From positions 70,074 to 134,073 of the forward strand of contig CAYJCR010000001.1 in NCBI GenBank assembly GCA_964368755.1: a stretch of 64,000 nucleotides of DNA. The letters run 5' to 3'. The notes under the pieces were generated by a model. That model saw nothing but the letters and a program-made list of their open reading frames with translations, searched no databases and was not told the DNA's origin. Made by a program: the position numbers and the translations under genes. This stretch comes from an uncultured Lachnospiraceae bacterium. Lineage in GTDB: Bacteria > Bacillota > Clostridia > Christensenellales > UBA1242. Below are positions 18,813 to 28,601 of this stretch, piece after piece (positions within the stretch are counted from its first letter, which is position 1; each line of letters starts with the position of its first letter).

Positions 18813-19529
18813 ATGTGTAATAATGTTGATATGAGACAAAGACTTTATGCTATAAGTGACTTGCACTTATCTATCAACAATCCTAAGCCTATGGATATCT
18901 TCGGTGGCAATTGGGAGAACTATGTAGATAGAATAGTTGCAGATTGGAATAAAAAGGTCAAAGATAATGACATAGTCATCATCGCAGGAGACATCAGTTG
19001 GGCTATGAAACTCCCTGATGCAGTTCCTGACCTTGAGTTTATTGGTAAGCTCAAAGGTTACAAGATTATTATCAAGGGCAATCACGAGTATTGGTGGGGG
19101 ACAATAAGTAACGTAAGGAAAGTCTTGCCAGACAAAATGTATGCTTTGCAGAACGATAGTATGAAACTTGGCAAATACATATTCTGTGGTAGTCGTGGTT
19201 GGACGCTTCCTGAGAAGCGAGCGCTCAAAGAAGAAGACCAAAAGATATTGGATAGAGAAGTAATAAGGCTAGATATGTCGCTCAAACAAGCAACAATGCT
19301 TCGTACGAAGAAAGAAAAGGTTGTTTGCATTATGCACTATCCTCCATTCAACAGCACAAAAGCCTCATCACCTTTTACAGAAGTGATAGAGAAGTATGGA
19401 GTTAAGCGTGTAGTATATGGCCACTTGCACGGCAAGAGCATATGTACACTTATTCATAAGCATAATGGTGTGACGTATTACCTCACTAGTTGCGATAAAG
19501 TGGACAACAAACTCGTTAGAATCAAATAG
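18813..19529 (+). CDS. metallophosphoesterase (calcineurin-like)
   Basis: SDLH, GDISW, GNHEYW and GHLHG motifs. Start moved to the ATG at 18813, which has a GGAGAG RBS. Confidence 0.8.
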   Translation: MCNNVDMRQRLYAISDLHLSINNPKPMDIFGGNWENYVDRIVADWNKKVKDNDIVIIAGDISWAMKLPDAVPDLEFIGKLKGYKIIIKGNHEYWWGTISNVRKVLPDKMYALQNDSMKLGKYIFCGSRGWTLPEKRALKEEDQKILDREVIRLDMSLKQATMLRTKKEKVVCIMHYPPFNSTKASSPFTEVIEKYGVKRVVYGHLHGKSICTLIHKHNGVTYYLTSCDKVDNKLVRIK

Positions 19530-19544
19530 TTGAATGATGAATGG

Positions 19545-19573
19545 ACAGAGCTAGGGAATGGCTCTGTTTTTTA
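19545..19573 (+). terminator. rho-independent terminator
   Basis: ACAGAGC-9 nt-GCTCTGT stem followed by a T-run. Confidence 0.7.
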
Positions 19574-19595
19574 TTTTTTTCTATTTTTTTTGAAA

Positions 19596-19640
19596 AAGTG
19601 GTCAAAAGTGGTTGGAAGTGGTCAAAAAAAGTTGTATACT
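19596..19640 (+). promoter_or_regulatory. dcw promoter (TTGGAA-17-TATACT) overlapped by three MraZ-type AAGTGGT repeats
   Basis: AAGTGGT occurs at 19596, 19606 and 19616, an exact 10-bp phasing. The -35 is at 19612-19617 and the -10 at 19635-19640, 22 nt upstream of the mraZ ATG. Confidence 0.7.
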
Positions 19641-19661
19641 ATGTGCAACAAGGAGGGGTCT

Positions 19662-20087
19662 ATGTTCGTTGGAGAGTACTTTCATCAAATAGATGAAAAG
19701 AATCGTCTTCGTATTCCAAGCAAGCTTCGCAAAGACTTGGGCGAATGTACTATTGTCAAAGGTGGCAATGGCTGTCTTTATCTATTACCTTCTTGTGAAG
19801 TTTCCAAAGTGATGGACAAGATTGACAATATCCCTATGTATAGCCCAGCCCAACAATCTCTTAGAGCATTATTCTCTTCGGCTTGTATTATAGAAGAAGA
19901 TGGACAAGGAAGGTTTTTGCTTCCAGCAAGCCTCAAAGCTTTTGCTGGAATAGTCAAAGATGTCGTATTCGTTGGAGTTGGAGCAAGGTGTGAGTTGTGG
20001 GCACAAGAGAGGTGGACAAAATACATCGATGCTTGCAACAAAGATTTTGATAGTATAACAAAAGAGTTGAATGATTATGGAGTATAA
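19662..20087 (+). CDS. mraZ: transcriptional regulator MraZ
   Basis: MFVGEYFHQIDEKNRLRIPSKLR with two DxxxR SpoVT-AbrB halves. AGGAGGGG RBS. Start moved to 19662 from track start 19530. Confidence 0.93.
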   Translation: MFVGEYFHQIDEKNRLRIPSKLRKDLGECTIVKGGNGCLYLLPSCEVSKVMDKIDNIPMYSPAQQSLRALFSSACIIEEDGQGRFLLPASLKAFAGIVKDVVFVGVGARCELWAQERWTKYIDACNKDFDSITKELNDYGV

Positions 20088-21009
20088 GCATATTCCGATA
20101 ATGTTGTCCGAATGTATCGAGGGCTTGAACATATCGCCTAATGGCATATATGTTGATGCGACGCTTGGTGGTGGTGGACATAGCAAAGAGATAGTCAAGA
20201 GGTTGTCATGTCAAGGCACATTCATTGGTATTGACAAAGACAAAGAGGCTATAGAAGTATCTAAGACAAGGCTAGTTGGAGATTGCAACAAGATATTTGT
20301 ATGTGATGCTTATGAGAACTTTGCCAATATATTGCAAGAGAATGGTATAGACAAAGTTGATGGTATATTGGTGGACTTGGGAGTATCATCATATCAACTA
20401 GACAATGCAGATAGGGGATTCTCTTATATGCATGATGGCAAGTTAGATATGAGAATGGATACAACTCAAGCCTTATCAGCATATGAAGTAGTTAATGAAT
20501 ATGAAGAAAAGGAACTTGTAGATATTTTCTTCAAGTTCGGCGAAGAGCAATTCGCTAGAAGTATTGCAAGGAATATAGTTAAGACAAGGGCAGACAAACC
20601 TATCGAGACCACACAAGGACTTGTCAAGATAATAGAGAGAAGTATTCCAAGCAAAATGCTACATACTGGTAGCAACCCAAGCAAAAAAGTTTTTCAGGCG
20701 ATCAGAATAGAAGTCAATGGAGAACTTGTTGGGTTAGAGAAGACCCTTACAGATATGATTGACCATTTGAAATTCGGTGGAAGATTGTGCGTGATATCCT
20801 TTCATTCCTTGGAAGACAGGATAGTCAAGACAATATTTAAGACAGAAGCAACCGATTGTATTTGCCCAAAAGACTTGCCAATATGTGTGTGTCACCACAA
20901 AGCAAGGATTAAGTTGATTACCAAGAAATACCTTTCGCCAACTCCAGAAGAACTCAGCGTGAATAAGCGAAGTGCTTCAAGCAAACTTAGGATTGCAGAG
21001 AGGGTATAA
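20071..21009 (+). CDS. rsmH: 16S rRNA (cytosine1402-N4)-methyltransferase RsmH
   Basis: HIPIML, DATLGGGGHS and DLGVSSYQLD motifs. Confidence 0.95.
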   Translation: MIMEYKHIPIMLSECIEGLNISPNGIYVDATLGGGGHSKEIVKRLSCQGTFIGIDKDKEAIEVSKTRLVGDCNKIFVCDAYENFANILQENGIDKVDGILVDLGVSSYQLDNADRGFSYMHDGKLDMRMDTTQALSAYEVVNEYEEKELVDIFFKFGEEQFARSIARNIVKTRADKPIETTQGLVKIIERSIPSKMLHTGSNPSKKVFQAIRIEVNGELVGLEKTLTDMIDHLKFGGRLCVISFHSLEDRIVKTIFKTEATDCICPKDLPICVCHHKARIKLITKKYLSPTPEELSVNKRSASSKLRIAERV

Positions 21010-21044
21010 CAGTTCTAATCTTATAAGGAGGAGAGTATAATATT

Positions 21045-21644
21045 ATGTCAGTAGATAATGAAATATTGATAAAGAAAGACGAGCCAGCAGTTACTAGCAA
21101 GTCAATTAGCGATATTACACAAGTTGCGAATGAACAGCTTGCGAAGTTTGATTCGACATATCGTGCTCCCGACTTGTCTAAATTGTTGGTTACTGAGAAA
21201 AAACTTGAAGAAGAGATAGGTCAACCATTATTTGAGTTGGACTTAGATAATTCTCAAGATGAAGAAAAAGATAAGACTCAAGTTTCTCATCAATCAGCAG
21301 CATTGACTTTGACTTTGAAAGCAAAGCTTATCATTGGAGTTACCGCTGTGATTATGGTTCTACTAAGTGCATTATTGATATACAATGCCACTCTCATATC
21401 TAAGTATAAAGGTGATATTGCTTATAATACCGAAGTATTACAAGTAGAGCAAGAGAGATTGAATGGGCTTATGGAACAATTAGAGGGCTTGAATACTCAA
21501 TCGGCCACAGACTTAGGATTAAGTGAGACAACCAATAGAATAAGTCTTCCAAAACTTGAGAAGTTGTCAAGAACAGAGTATACAGAAGATAGCAATTGGT
21601 TCGATGCCATATGTGAATTCTTTTCATCAATACTCGGAGGTTAG
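21045..21644 (+). CDS. ftsL: FtsL-like cell division protein (single TM plus coiled coil)
   Basis: Called from its position between rsmH and the PBP, with one TM helix followed by a heptad-like region. The 199-aa length with an acidic N-terminal extension is unusual. Confidence 0.5.
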   Translation: MSVDNEILIKKDEPAVTSKSISDITQVANEQLAKFDSTYRAPDLSKLLVTEKKLEEEIGQPLFELDLDNSQDEEKDKTQVSHQSAALTLTLKAKLIIGVTAVIMVLLSALLIYNATLISKYKGDIAYNTEVLQVEQERLNGLMEQLEGLNTQSATDLGLSETTNRISLPKLEKLSRTEYTEDSNWFDAICEFFSSILGG

Positions 21645-21672
21645 TTCTTTTGATATATAATGAGGTTGCTCA

Positions 21673-23583
21673 TTGCATCTAGAATATTCGATATTTTCGT
21701 TACAAAAGAGGTTACTTGCATTTATTTGCATAGTGACCTTTATTTTTTGTTCACTAGTTGTTAGATTGTTCTACTTGCAAGGTTTGAGTAGAGGAAGTCT
21801 TATGGAAAAGGCCAGTGGACAATGGACAAGGTCTCTGCCAATAGTGGCTTCACGTGGCAAGATTGTTGACAGGAATGGGGCTACACTAGCAGTCAGTTAT
21901 ACGACTTATAATGTCTATGTGAGACCTCGCAATGTTGTAGACAAAGAAGATGTTGCTAGGCATTTGTCTGCAATCTTAGGATTGGACTACAACAAGGTGT
22001 ATGAGAAGATACTCTTTGCTAGTTCATCAGAAGTGTTGGTGAAGATGCAAGTGCAGGAAGAGCAGATTCGAGAGATAATAACTGCTAACAAAAAAGGCAT
22101 ATATATAGGCATCACTACTGATAGGTATTATCCATATGCGAACGCATTGAGTCAAGTGCTTGGTTATACGACAATAGACAATGTAGGACAATCAGGGCTA
22201 GAACTGTATTATAACAAATACTTGACAGGTATCAATGGTTCAAGTTCGGTGCAGAGTGATGTCAAAGGCATAGAACTTGGCAATACAACTGATGAGTATA
22301 TAGATGCTATAGACGGACTCGATCTCACACTTACAATAGATATCAATCTTCAACAGATTGTAGAAAAAGCTCTGAATGATCTTACTCAACTCCATAAACC
22401 AAAATCCTCATATGCTGTTGTTATGTCTCCCAAGACAGGACAGATACTTGCAATGGCGATGAATCCCTCTCTAGACAACAACAACTTACCAAGGGATAAT
22501 GTATCCGAACTATTTGCATTGTCAAAGAACTCGATGATCGTTGATGTATATGAACCAGGGTCTACATTCAAGATACTCACAACGGCGGCGGCACTTGACC
22601 AGAAGGTAACAAGCACCAAGGATATGTTCTATGATCCAGGATATAAGATAGTAGATGGGCAGAAGATTAAGTGTTGGAGAACTATTGGCCATGGTAGTGA
22701 GAATCTTGTTGAAGGCTTCTGCAACTCGTGTAATACGGTGTTTATGGAGTTAGCTCTTAGACTTGGCAAAGACAGATTGTATCAATACTTGCGCAATTTT
22801 GGGCTAGGAGCACCTACTGGAGTCGATTTCTTAGGAGAAAGTGGAGGAATCCTCATGGACATAGATAGTGTGCAGAATGTTGACCTTGCAAGAATAGGAT
22901 TTGGGCAGGCAGTAGCGGTGACACCTCTTCAACTTGTAACAGGCATAAGTTGTGCACTCAATGGCGGTACTAGATATGTGCCATATTTTGTGCAAAACAT
23001 CTCATCAAGCGATGGTGTAGTCAACAAAAGTGTAACGCCTACTGTTGTTAAGAATAACGTTGTATCACAAGCAGTATCTGATACTCTCAATATGATGATG
23101 GAAGAAGTCGTAAGTGTTAGGGGTGGCAAGAACTCATTTGTCGAAGGTTATGCAATCGGAGGCAAGACAGGTACAGCCCAAAAGTACGAGAACGGTGTTG
23201 TTGCAAGTGGCAAGTATATATCGAGTTTTGTTGGGACATATCCCGCCTCTAATCCAGAATATGTGCTTTTGCTTTGTGTTAATGAACCAAGTGTCGGAGG
23301 GTATTATGGTAGTGTTGTTGCAAGCCCTTTTGGCAAACAAATATTCAAAGGCTTGTTCGAATATATGAACATCATGCCTAGCGATGTTGCTTCTGTAAGC
23401 AAAACTATTGTGCCTAACCTTGTAGGGCTGACTATCACACAGGCATATATCGAACTCAATAGACTTGGATTGCATTTTGAAGTTGATGGCGAAGAAGGTG
23501 TGGTGGTAGAGCAGTTCCCTTCACCAGATACCGAGGTATTAGATGGCAGTACAATATTGATCACAATGGGAGGTAAGAGTTGA
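21673..23583 (+). CDS. class B penicillin-binding protein (FtsI/SpoVD-like) with C-terminal PASTA domain
   Basis: STFK, SCN and KTGT transpeptidase motifs with an N-terminal TM anchor. The C-terminal PASTA-like segment reads VPNLVGLTITQA...LITM. TTG start. Confidence 0.92.
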   Translation: MHLEYSIFSLQKRLLAFICIVTFIFCSLVVRLFYLQGLSRGSLMEKASGQWTRSLPIVASRGKIVDRNGATLAVSYTTYNVYVRPRNVVDKEDVARHLSAILGLDYNKVYEKILFASSSEVLVKMQVQEEQIREIITANKKGIYIGITTDRYYPYANALSQVLGYTTIDNVGQSGLELYYNKYLTGINGSSSVQSDVKGIELGNTTDEYIDAIDGLDLTLTIDINLQQIVEKALNDLTQLHKPKSSYAVVMSPKTGQILAMAMNPSLDNNNLPRDNVSELFALSKNSMIVDVYEPGSTFKILTTAAALDQKVTSTKDMFYDPGYKIVDGQKIKCWRTIGHGSENLVEGFCNSCNTVFMELALRLGKDRLYQYLRNFGLGAPTGVDFLGESGGILMDIDSVQNVDLARIGFGQAVAVTPLQLVTGISCALNGGTRYVPYFVQNISSSDGVVNKSVTPTVVKNNVVSQAVSDTLNMMMEEVVSVRGGKNSFVEGYAIGGKTGTAQKYENGVVASGKYISSFVGTYPASNPEYVLLLCVNEPSVGGYYGSVVASPFGKQIFKGLFEYMNIMPSDVASVSKTIVPNLVGLTITQAYIELNRLGLHFEVDGEEGVVVEQFPSPDTEVLDGSTILITMGGKS

Positions 23584-24989
23584 AGTTATCAGAGTTGTTG
23601 AAAGGGGTAGATGTCATTGAGACAAAAGGAGATATGTCATGTGAGATATTATCTCTTAGTCACAATGATTGTGCAGATGAACATATGCTACACTTTTGTT
23701 ACAAAGGAGTAAATGTTGATGGACATAACTATTATGTTGAAGCAATCAAGAAGGGTGCTGTTGCTTTTGTTGTAGAGAAGTTGCTCGATACTGATCTACC
23801 TCAGGTACTTGTCGCAAGTAGTAGACAGGCAATGTCGGTGATATGTAGTAATTACTTTGGTAATCCATCAAAAAATCTCAAGCTTATAGGTATAACAGGC
23901 ACAAACGGAAAGACAACTTGTAGTTATATTATCAGTAGTATCTTGCGTTGCAATGGTTATAGAGTTGGAGTAATAGGAACAAACGGTTATACAATATTTG
24001 GACTCAAATATCCATTGAACCTCACAACCCCTGATCCATATCAATTGCAAGAGATATTGTCCAAGATGAGTATCTCAGGTATAGAATATGTTGTAATGGA
24101 AGTCTCTGCACATGCTATCGCTCTTGCCAAAACATATGGTATGGAGTTTGTGATAGGTGCATTCACCAATCTAACACAAGACCACTTGGATTTTTTTGGT
24201 ACAATGGACAACTATGCTGAGACAAAAAAACAATTTTTGATGCAATGCAAAAATGCAATTATAAATATTGATGATGAATATGCCAAGTATTGGACAAGGG
24301 AAGTTCCACATTGTCTTACGTATGGACATAATGTGTCGGATTATAGAATAAAAAGCACAAAAGTATCACTAAAAGGCTGTTCTTTTGTTCTTGGTGAAAA
24401 GAAACGATATTGGTCTAACCTAATAGGTGAGTTCAATATATACAATCTTGCTTGCTCCATTGCTGTTGCTAAGTTATGCCATTGTTCAGAGTCTAGCATT
24501 CGCACGGCGATCAAAAACATCTATGTTGATGGCCGATTTAACATATTACCTGTCAAAAAAAATGTTGTCATAGACTACGCACATACACCAGATGGCTTGG
24601 AGAAGATACTACTTACCGCTCGTACCTTGTGCAAGGGGAAGATAATCACAGTGTTCGGCTGTGGTGGAGATAGAGATAAAGGCAAAAGATCCAAGATGGG
24701 CAAGATTGCTTCAATGCTCTCTGATACTATTGTTGTGACAAGTGATAATCCTAGATACGAAGGTCCTATGGATATTATAAATAATATTCTATCGGGCATA
24801 ATCAAAGGCAGGGAAGTGTCCGTTATCGAAGATAGAAGTCAAGCGATACATTATGCGTTGAGTATTGCCTCTACCAAAGATCTCGTGCTGATATGTGGGA
24901 AAGGTGCTGAAGACTATCAAGATGTTATGGGACAGAAAAAGCATTTTGTAGATAGAGAAGAAGTATTAAAATATTTTCAAATAAGGTAA
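23580..24989 (+). CDS. murE: UDP-N-acetylmuramoyl-L-alanyl-D-glutamate--2,6-diaminopimelate ligase MurE
   Basis: GITGTNGKTT P-loop and the DNPR motif (SDNPRYE), which suggests meso-DAP specificity. TTG start with a GGAGG RBS. Confidence 0.92.
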   Translation: MKLSELLKGVDVIETKGDMSCEILSLSHNDCADEHMLHFCYKGVNVDGHNYYVEAIKKGAVAFVVEKLLDTDLPQVLVASSRQAMSVICSNYFGNPSKNLKLIGITGTNGKTTCSYIISSILRCNGYRVGVIGTNGYTIFGLKYPLNLTTPDPYQLQEILSKMSISGIEYVVMEVSAHAIALAKTYGMEFVIGAFTNLTQDHLDFFGTMDNYAETKKQFLMQCKNAIINIDDEYAKYWTREVPHCLTYGHNVSDYRIKSTKVSLKGCSFVLGEKKRYWSNLIGEFNIYNLACSIAVAKLCHCSESSIRTAIKNIYVDGRFNILPVKKNVVIDYAHTPDGLEKILLTARTLCKGKIITVFGCGGDRDKGKRSKMGKIASMLSDTIVVTSDNPRYEGPMDIINNILSGIIKGREVSVIEDRSQAIHYALSIASTKDLVLICGKGAEDYQDVMGQKKHFVDREEVLKYFQIR

Positions 24990-24992
24990 TCT

Positions 24993-25982
24993 ATGAATAA
25001 TTTTTTGTTAGCATTATTGATGTCTTTTGTGATAGCAGTGGCATTATCTCCACTAGTGATCAGGTTAACAAAAAGACTCAAATTCGGTCAGAATATCTTG
25101 CATTATGTGGAGTCTCATTCGGGCAAACAAGGCACTCCTACTATGGGTGGGATAATATTTATACTGTCTACCGTAATAGTATCTCTATGCTTCTACAATA
25201 ACAATTTTAATCTTGCAGGGTTAGTCATCATTGTCTTTGTGGGGTATGCAATACTTGGATTCCTTGATGATTATCTCAAGATTAAGTTCAAGACAAACCT
25301 TGGGCTTAGGGCTTATCAAAAAGTCATTGGACAAGTTGGTCTTGCCCTTATTGTCGGGGTATATATGTATCTCAATCCTCTTGTTAGTTCCGTCAGTTTG
25401 CCTTTCAGTACAATAATGTTTCGTCTTGGAGTTTTTATCATCCCATATGCGATATTTATTATGGTGGCAGCTTCCAATAGTGTCAATTTGACCGATGGGC
25501 TAGATGGACTTGCTGGCGGGGTCAGTTGTGTGTTCTTTGCAAGTATGGGTGTCATCATCTATTTGTTCTCAGGTAGAAGAGATATTGACTCTCAATGGGT
25601 TGAACAACTCAGGAGTCTGATTGTTGTTTGTGGTGCAGTATGTGGTGGCTTGTTGGGATTTTTATGTTTTAATAGTTATAAGGCAAAGATATTCATGGGA
25701 GACACAGGCTCTCTCAGTCTTGGAAGTCTTGTTGGAACAGTTGGGTTATTGAGTGGACAAAGCCTATATATTCCTATCATTGGATTGATGTTCGTATTGT
25801 CAAGTGTATCGGTTATTATGCAAGTTTTGTATTACAAAAAAACACATAAAAGAATATTTTTAATGGCACCTCTTCATCATCATTTTGAACAAAAAGGTTG
25901 TAATGAAAGCAAGATAGTTACCATATATATTGTTATAACTATATTGCTAGGAGTAGGGTGTATCCTTCTCAATTGCTTGTAG
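24993..25982 (+). CDS. mraY: phospho-N-acetylmuramoyl-pentapeptide transferase MraY
   Basis: KQGTPTMGG, NLTDGLDGLA and MGDTGSL motifs with about 10 TM segments. Confidence 0.95.
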   Translation: MNNFLLALLMSFVIAVALSPLVIRLTKRLKFGQNILHYVESHSGKQGTPTMGGIIFILSTVIVSLCFYNNNFNLAGLVIIVFVGYAILGFLDDYLKIKFKTNLGLRAYQKVIGQVGLALIVGVYMYLNPLVSSVSLPFSTIMFRLGVFIIPYAIFIMVAASNSVNLTDGLDGLAGGVSCVFFASMGVIIYLFSGRRDIDSQWVEQLRSLIVVCGAVCGGLLGFLCFNSYKAKIFMGDTGSLSLGSLVGTVGLLSGQSLYIPIIGLMFVLSSVSVIMQVLYYKKTHKRIFLMAPLHHHFEQKGCNESKIVTIYIVITILLGVGCILLNCL

Positions 25983-25992
25983 GAGGTAAAGT

Positions 25993-27318
25993 GTGAAATA
26001 TAACAAAATATTGGTCTATGGACTTGGCAGAAGTGGAATAAGTGTAGTCAACATGTTGAGTGAACAAAAACATCTGCTATTTTTGTACGATGACAACCCA
26101 AGCGTTATGAATGAATGGAAAGACAAGTGGGCAAGTCGCCCAAACATATTCTTTGTAAAGAAACTTACCAAAGTCATCATAGACAATATGAGTATGATTG
26201 TATTGAGTCCTGGCGTAAAGATATCTAGTATCATTAAGTACGCAATACTCCAAGGCAAAGATGTCTTATCTGAACTTGAACTTGGATACAGAAGTTGTAA
26301 TAATACATTTGTAGCAATAACTGGAACAAATGGTAAGACAACTACGACCAAATTACTTGGAGACATATATTCGTATGCAAGGCGAAAAGTATCTGTTGTG
26401 GGCAATATTGGGGTGCCTGTTTGTAGTCTTATCAACAAGGCAACAAAACATGATACTTTTGTGTGTGAAGTGAGCAGTTTTCAGTTAGAAAGCACACACA
26501 GTTTCAAGCCACATATTTGTGCTATTACCAATATTACTGCCGATCATCTTGATAGGCATGGGAGTATATACAACTACACCAATGTCAAGTATAAGATAAC
26601 TGCAAGGCAGGGAAAGAAAGATTACATAGTACTCAATAACAATCTTAGACATAACCGACTAGTAACAATGGCAAAAAAATATTATTTTGGTTTCGAAAAA
26701 TGCCGTGGTGCATATGTTGATGACGGCAAAATCTACTTTTGTCACAAGAAGAGCAAGTACATTATGGACCTATCGGACATCAAATTGCTTGGAAGACACA
26801 ATATAGAGAATGTATTATGTGCTGTTGCTTGTGCGTGTCTCGATGGCATCAAACCGAAGTTTATCAGACAGGCAGTTGTCAACTTTGTTGCTCCACATCA
26901 TAGACTTGAAGTAGTGGACACTATCAATGGCATAGACTTCATCAATGATAGCAAGGCAACCAATATTGACTCTTGTATCAGAGCTGTCAGAAGCATATCT
27001 GATCCGATAATTCTTCTGCTTGGTGGTAGTGATAAGGGCGAAGACTTTGCCCAACTATTCGACAATTTGCCTGAGAATATTAGGGCTATAATTGTTACAG
27101 GGGAGACTGCTGACAAAATCGTGCAAGCCTCACATACGCATACTCTTATCAAAGCAGAAAATCTTCGAAGTGCTGTAAAAAAAGCTTATGATATAGCGCA
27201 TATCGGAGATAAAGTATTGTTATCTCCCGCTTGTGCTAGTTTTGATGAGTTCGTAAGCTATGCAGATAGGGGACAGAAGTTTGTACAATATGTGGGAGAA
27301 TTGAGTCTTGAAAAATAA
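25993..27318 (+). CDS. murD: UDP-N-acetylmuramoylalanine--D-glutamate ligase MurD
   Basis: GLGRSG N-terminus, AITGTNGKTTT P-loop and NDSKATN motif. GTG start with an AGGAGG RBS. Confidence 0.93.
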   Translation: MKYNKILVYGLGRSGISVVNMLSEQKHLLFLYDDNPSVMNEWKDKWASRPNIFFVKKLTKVIIDNMSMIVLSPGVKISSIIKYAILQGKDVLSELELGYRSCNNTFVAITGTNGKTTTTKLLGDIYSYARRKVSVVGNIGVPVCSLINKATKHDTFVCEVSSFQLESTHSFKPHICAITNITADHLDRHGSIYNYTNVKYKITARQGKKDYIVLNNNLRHNRLVTMAKKYYFGFEKCRGAYVDDGKIYFCHKKSKYIMDLSDIKLLGRHNIENVLCAVACACLDGIKPKFIRQAVVNFVAPHHRLEVVDTINGIDFINDSKATNIDSCIRAVRSISDPIILLLGGSDKGEDFAQLFDNLPENIRAIIVTGETADKIVQASHTHTLIKAENLRSAVKKAYDIAHIGDKVLLSPACASFDEFVSYADRGQKFVQYVGELSLEK

Positions 27319-28414
27319 AACAAGCATCTTCTTGATTATAAGTGTGCTGTTGTTGGTAATAATAGGCATAGTCTTTGTATACAGTGCAAGTTATTATTCA
27401 GCAGAGTTTTATTATGGCAATGACAAGTTCTTTTTGACCAAACAAATCATCGGTGCAGTCATTGGTTGTGTTGGACTTGTGGGTACATATTTTATTGATT
27501 ATAGGAGACTAAAAAAACTCAAATGGACAAGTATTGCCATAGCATTTGTGTTATTGGGGCTTGTATTTGTGCCTGGGATTGGTGTGAGCAACTACGGTGC
27601 AAGGCGTTGGATAGGGTTGCCGGGTTTTACTATCCAATCTAGTGAGATAGCCAAGTTTTGCTTTGTGCTATATTGTGCTATATATCTTGCCAACAACCCA
27701 GAGAGAATAAAGAAGTTTGTTGGACTGCTTCCAATCCTAGTCGTTGGGGGCTTGATGTGTCTACTTATATTACTTGAACCAAATATGAGTATTACTATGT
27801 GCCTTGGATGTGTGATGCTTGTAATGCTCTTTGTGGGAGGTATCAAAGCCAAGCACTTTGCTATCATTGCATTGCCGGCACTCTTGCTTGTACCAGTCCT
27901 TATCATAATAGAGCCATATAGATTAAGCAGACTCATGGCTTTTGTTAGTCCGTGGGCAGACCCGCAAGGAGAAGGATATCAACTTGTACAATCATTGTAC
28001 TCGCTTGGCAACGGAGGCTTGCTTGGAGTAGGACTCTTTAAGTCTAGACAGAAGTATATGTTCTTGCCATTTGCTGAGTCAGACTTCATATTCTCTATCA
28101 TTGCTGAAGAGATAGGCTTATTGGGTGTCATTGGAATAATGCTCATATATATAGTAGTTGTCATATGTGGAATCAAGATTGCAATAAGTGCAAGAGATAG
28201 ATTTGGTTGTTATTTGGCGACAGGCATTACTGCTATTATAGCCGTACAGACACTTATCAATATTGCAGTTGTTACAGGCTCTATACCACCGACTGGATTG
28301 CCATTGCCTTTCATAAGTAGTGGGAGTAGCTCGTTGGTTGTCTTTATGTCAAGTATAGGAGTGTTACTCAATATAAATCGTCAAGCACACGCCACAAAAG
28401 TCCCTTTGCGATAG
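27308..28414 (+). CDS. ftsW: SEDS-family lipid II polymerase FtsW/SpoVE
   Basis: 10-TM SEDS layout with QSSEIAKF, ESDFIFS and PFISSGSSS motifs. Confidence 0.92.
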   Translation: MKNKTSIFLIISVLLLVIIGIVFVYSASYYSAEFYYGNDKFFLTKQIIGAVIGCVGLVGTYFIDYRRLKKLKWTSIAIAFVLLGLVFVPGIGVSNYGARRWIGLPGFTIQSSEIAKFCFVLYCAIYLANNPERIKKFVGLLPILVVGGLMCLLILLEPNMSITMCLGCVMLVMLFVGGIKAKHFAIIALPALLLVPVLIIIEPYRLSRLMAFVSPWADPQGEGYQLVQSLYSLGNGGLLGVGLFKSRQKYMFLPFAESDFIFSIIAEEIGLLGVIGIMLIYIVVVICGIKIAISARDRFGCYLATGITAIIAVQTLINIAVVTGSIPPTGLPLPFISSGSSSLVVFMSSIGVLLNINRQAHATKVPLR

Positions 28415-28601
28415 CTCCAGTAACACAAAACAGTTTTGTTCCATAGTATGTAATAAATGCAACTATTATTTGTCTATCGTGTTGATTGATAATACTATTG
28501 TTGCAAGTGAGTATACTCAGAAGTTATGGGTATATGGCTATACATATTGAAATGATCAAAAGCAATTATTTGTGTTATAAGTTTTCTTATAGGAGAAAAG
28601 T

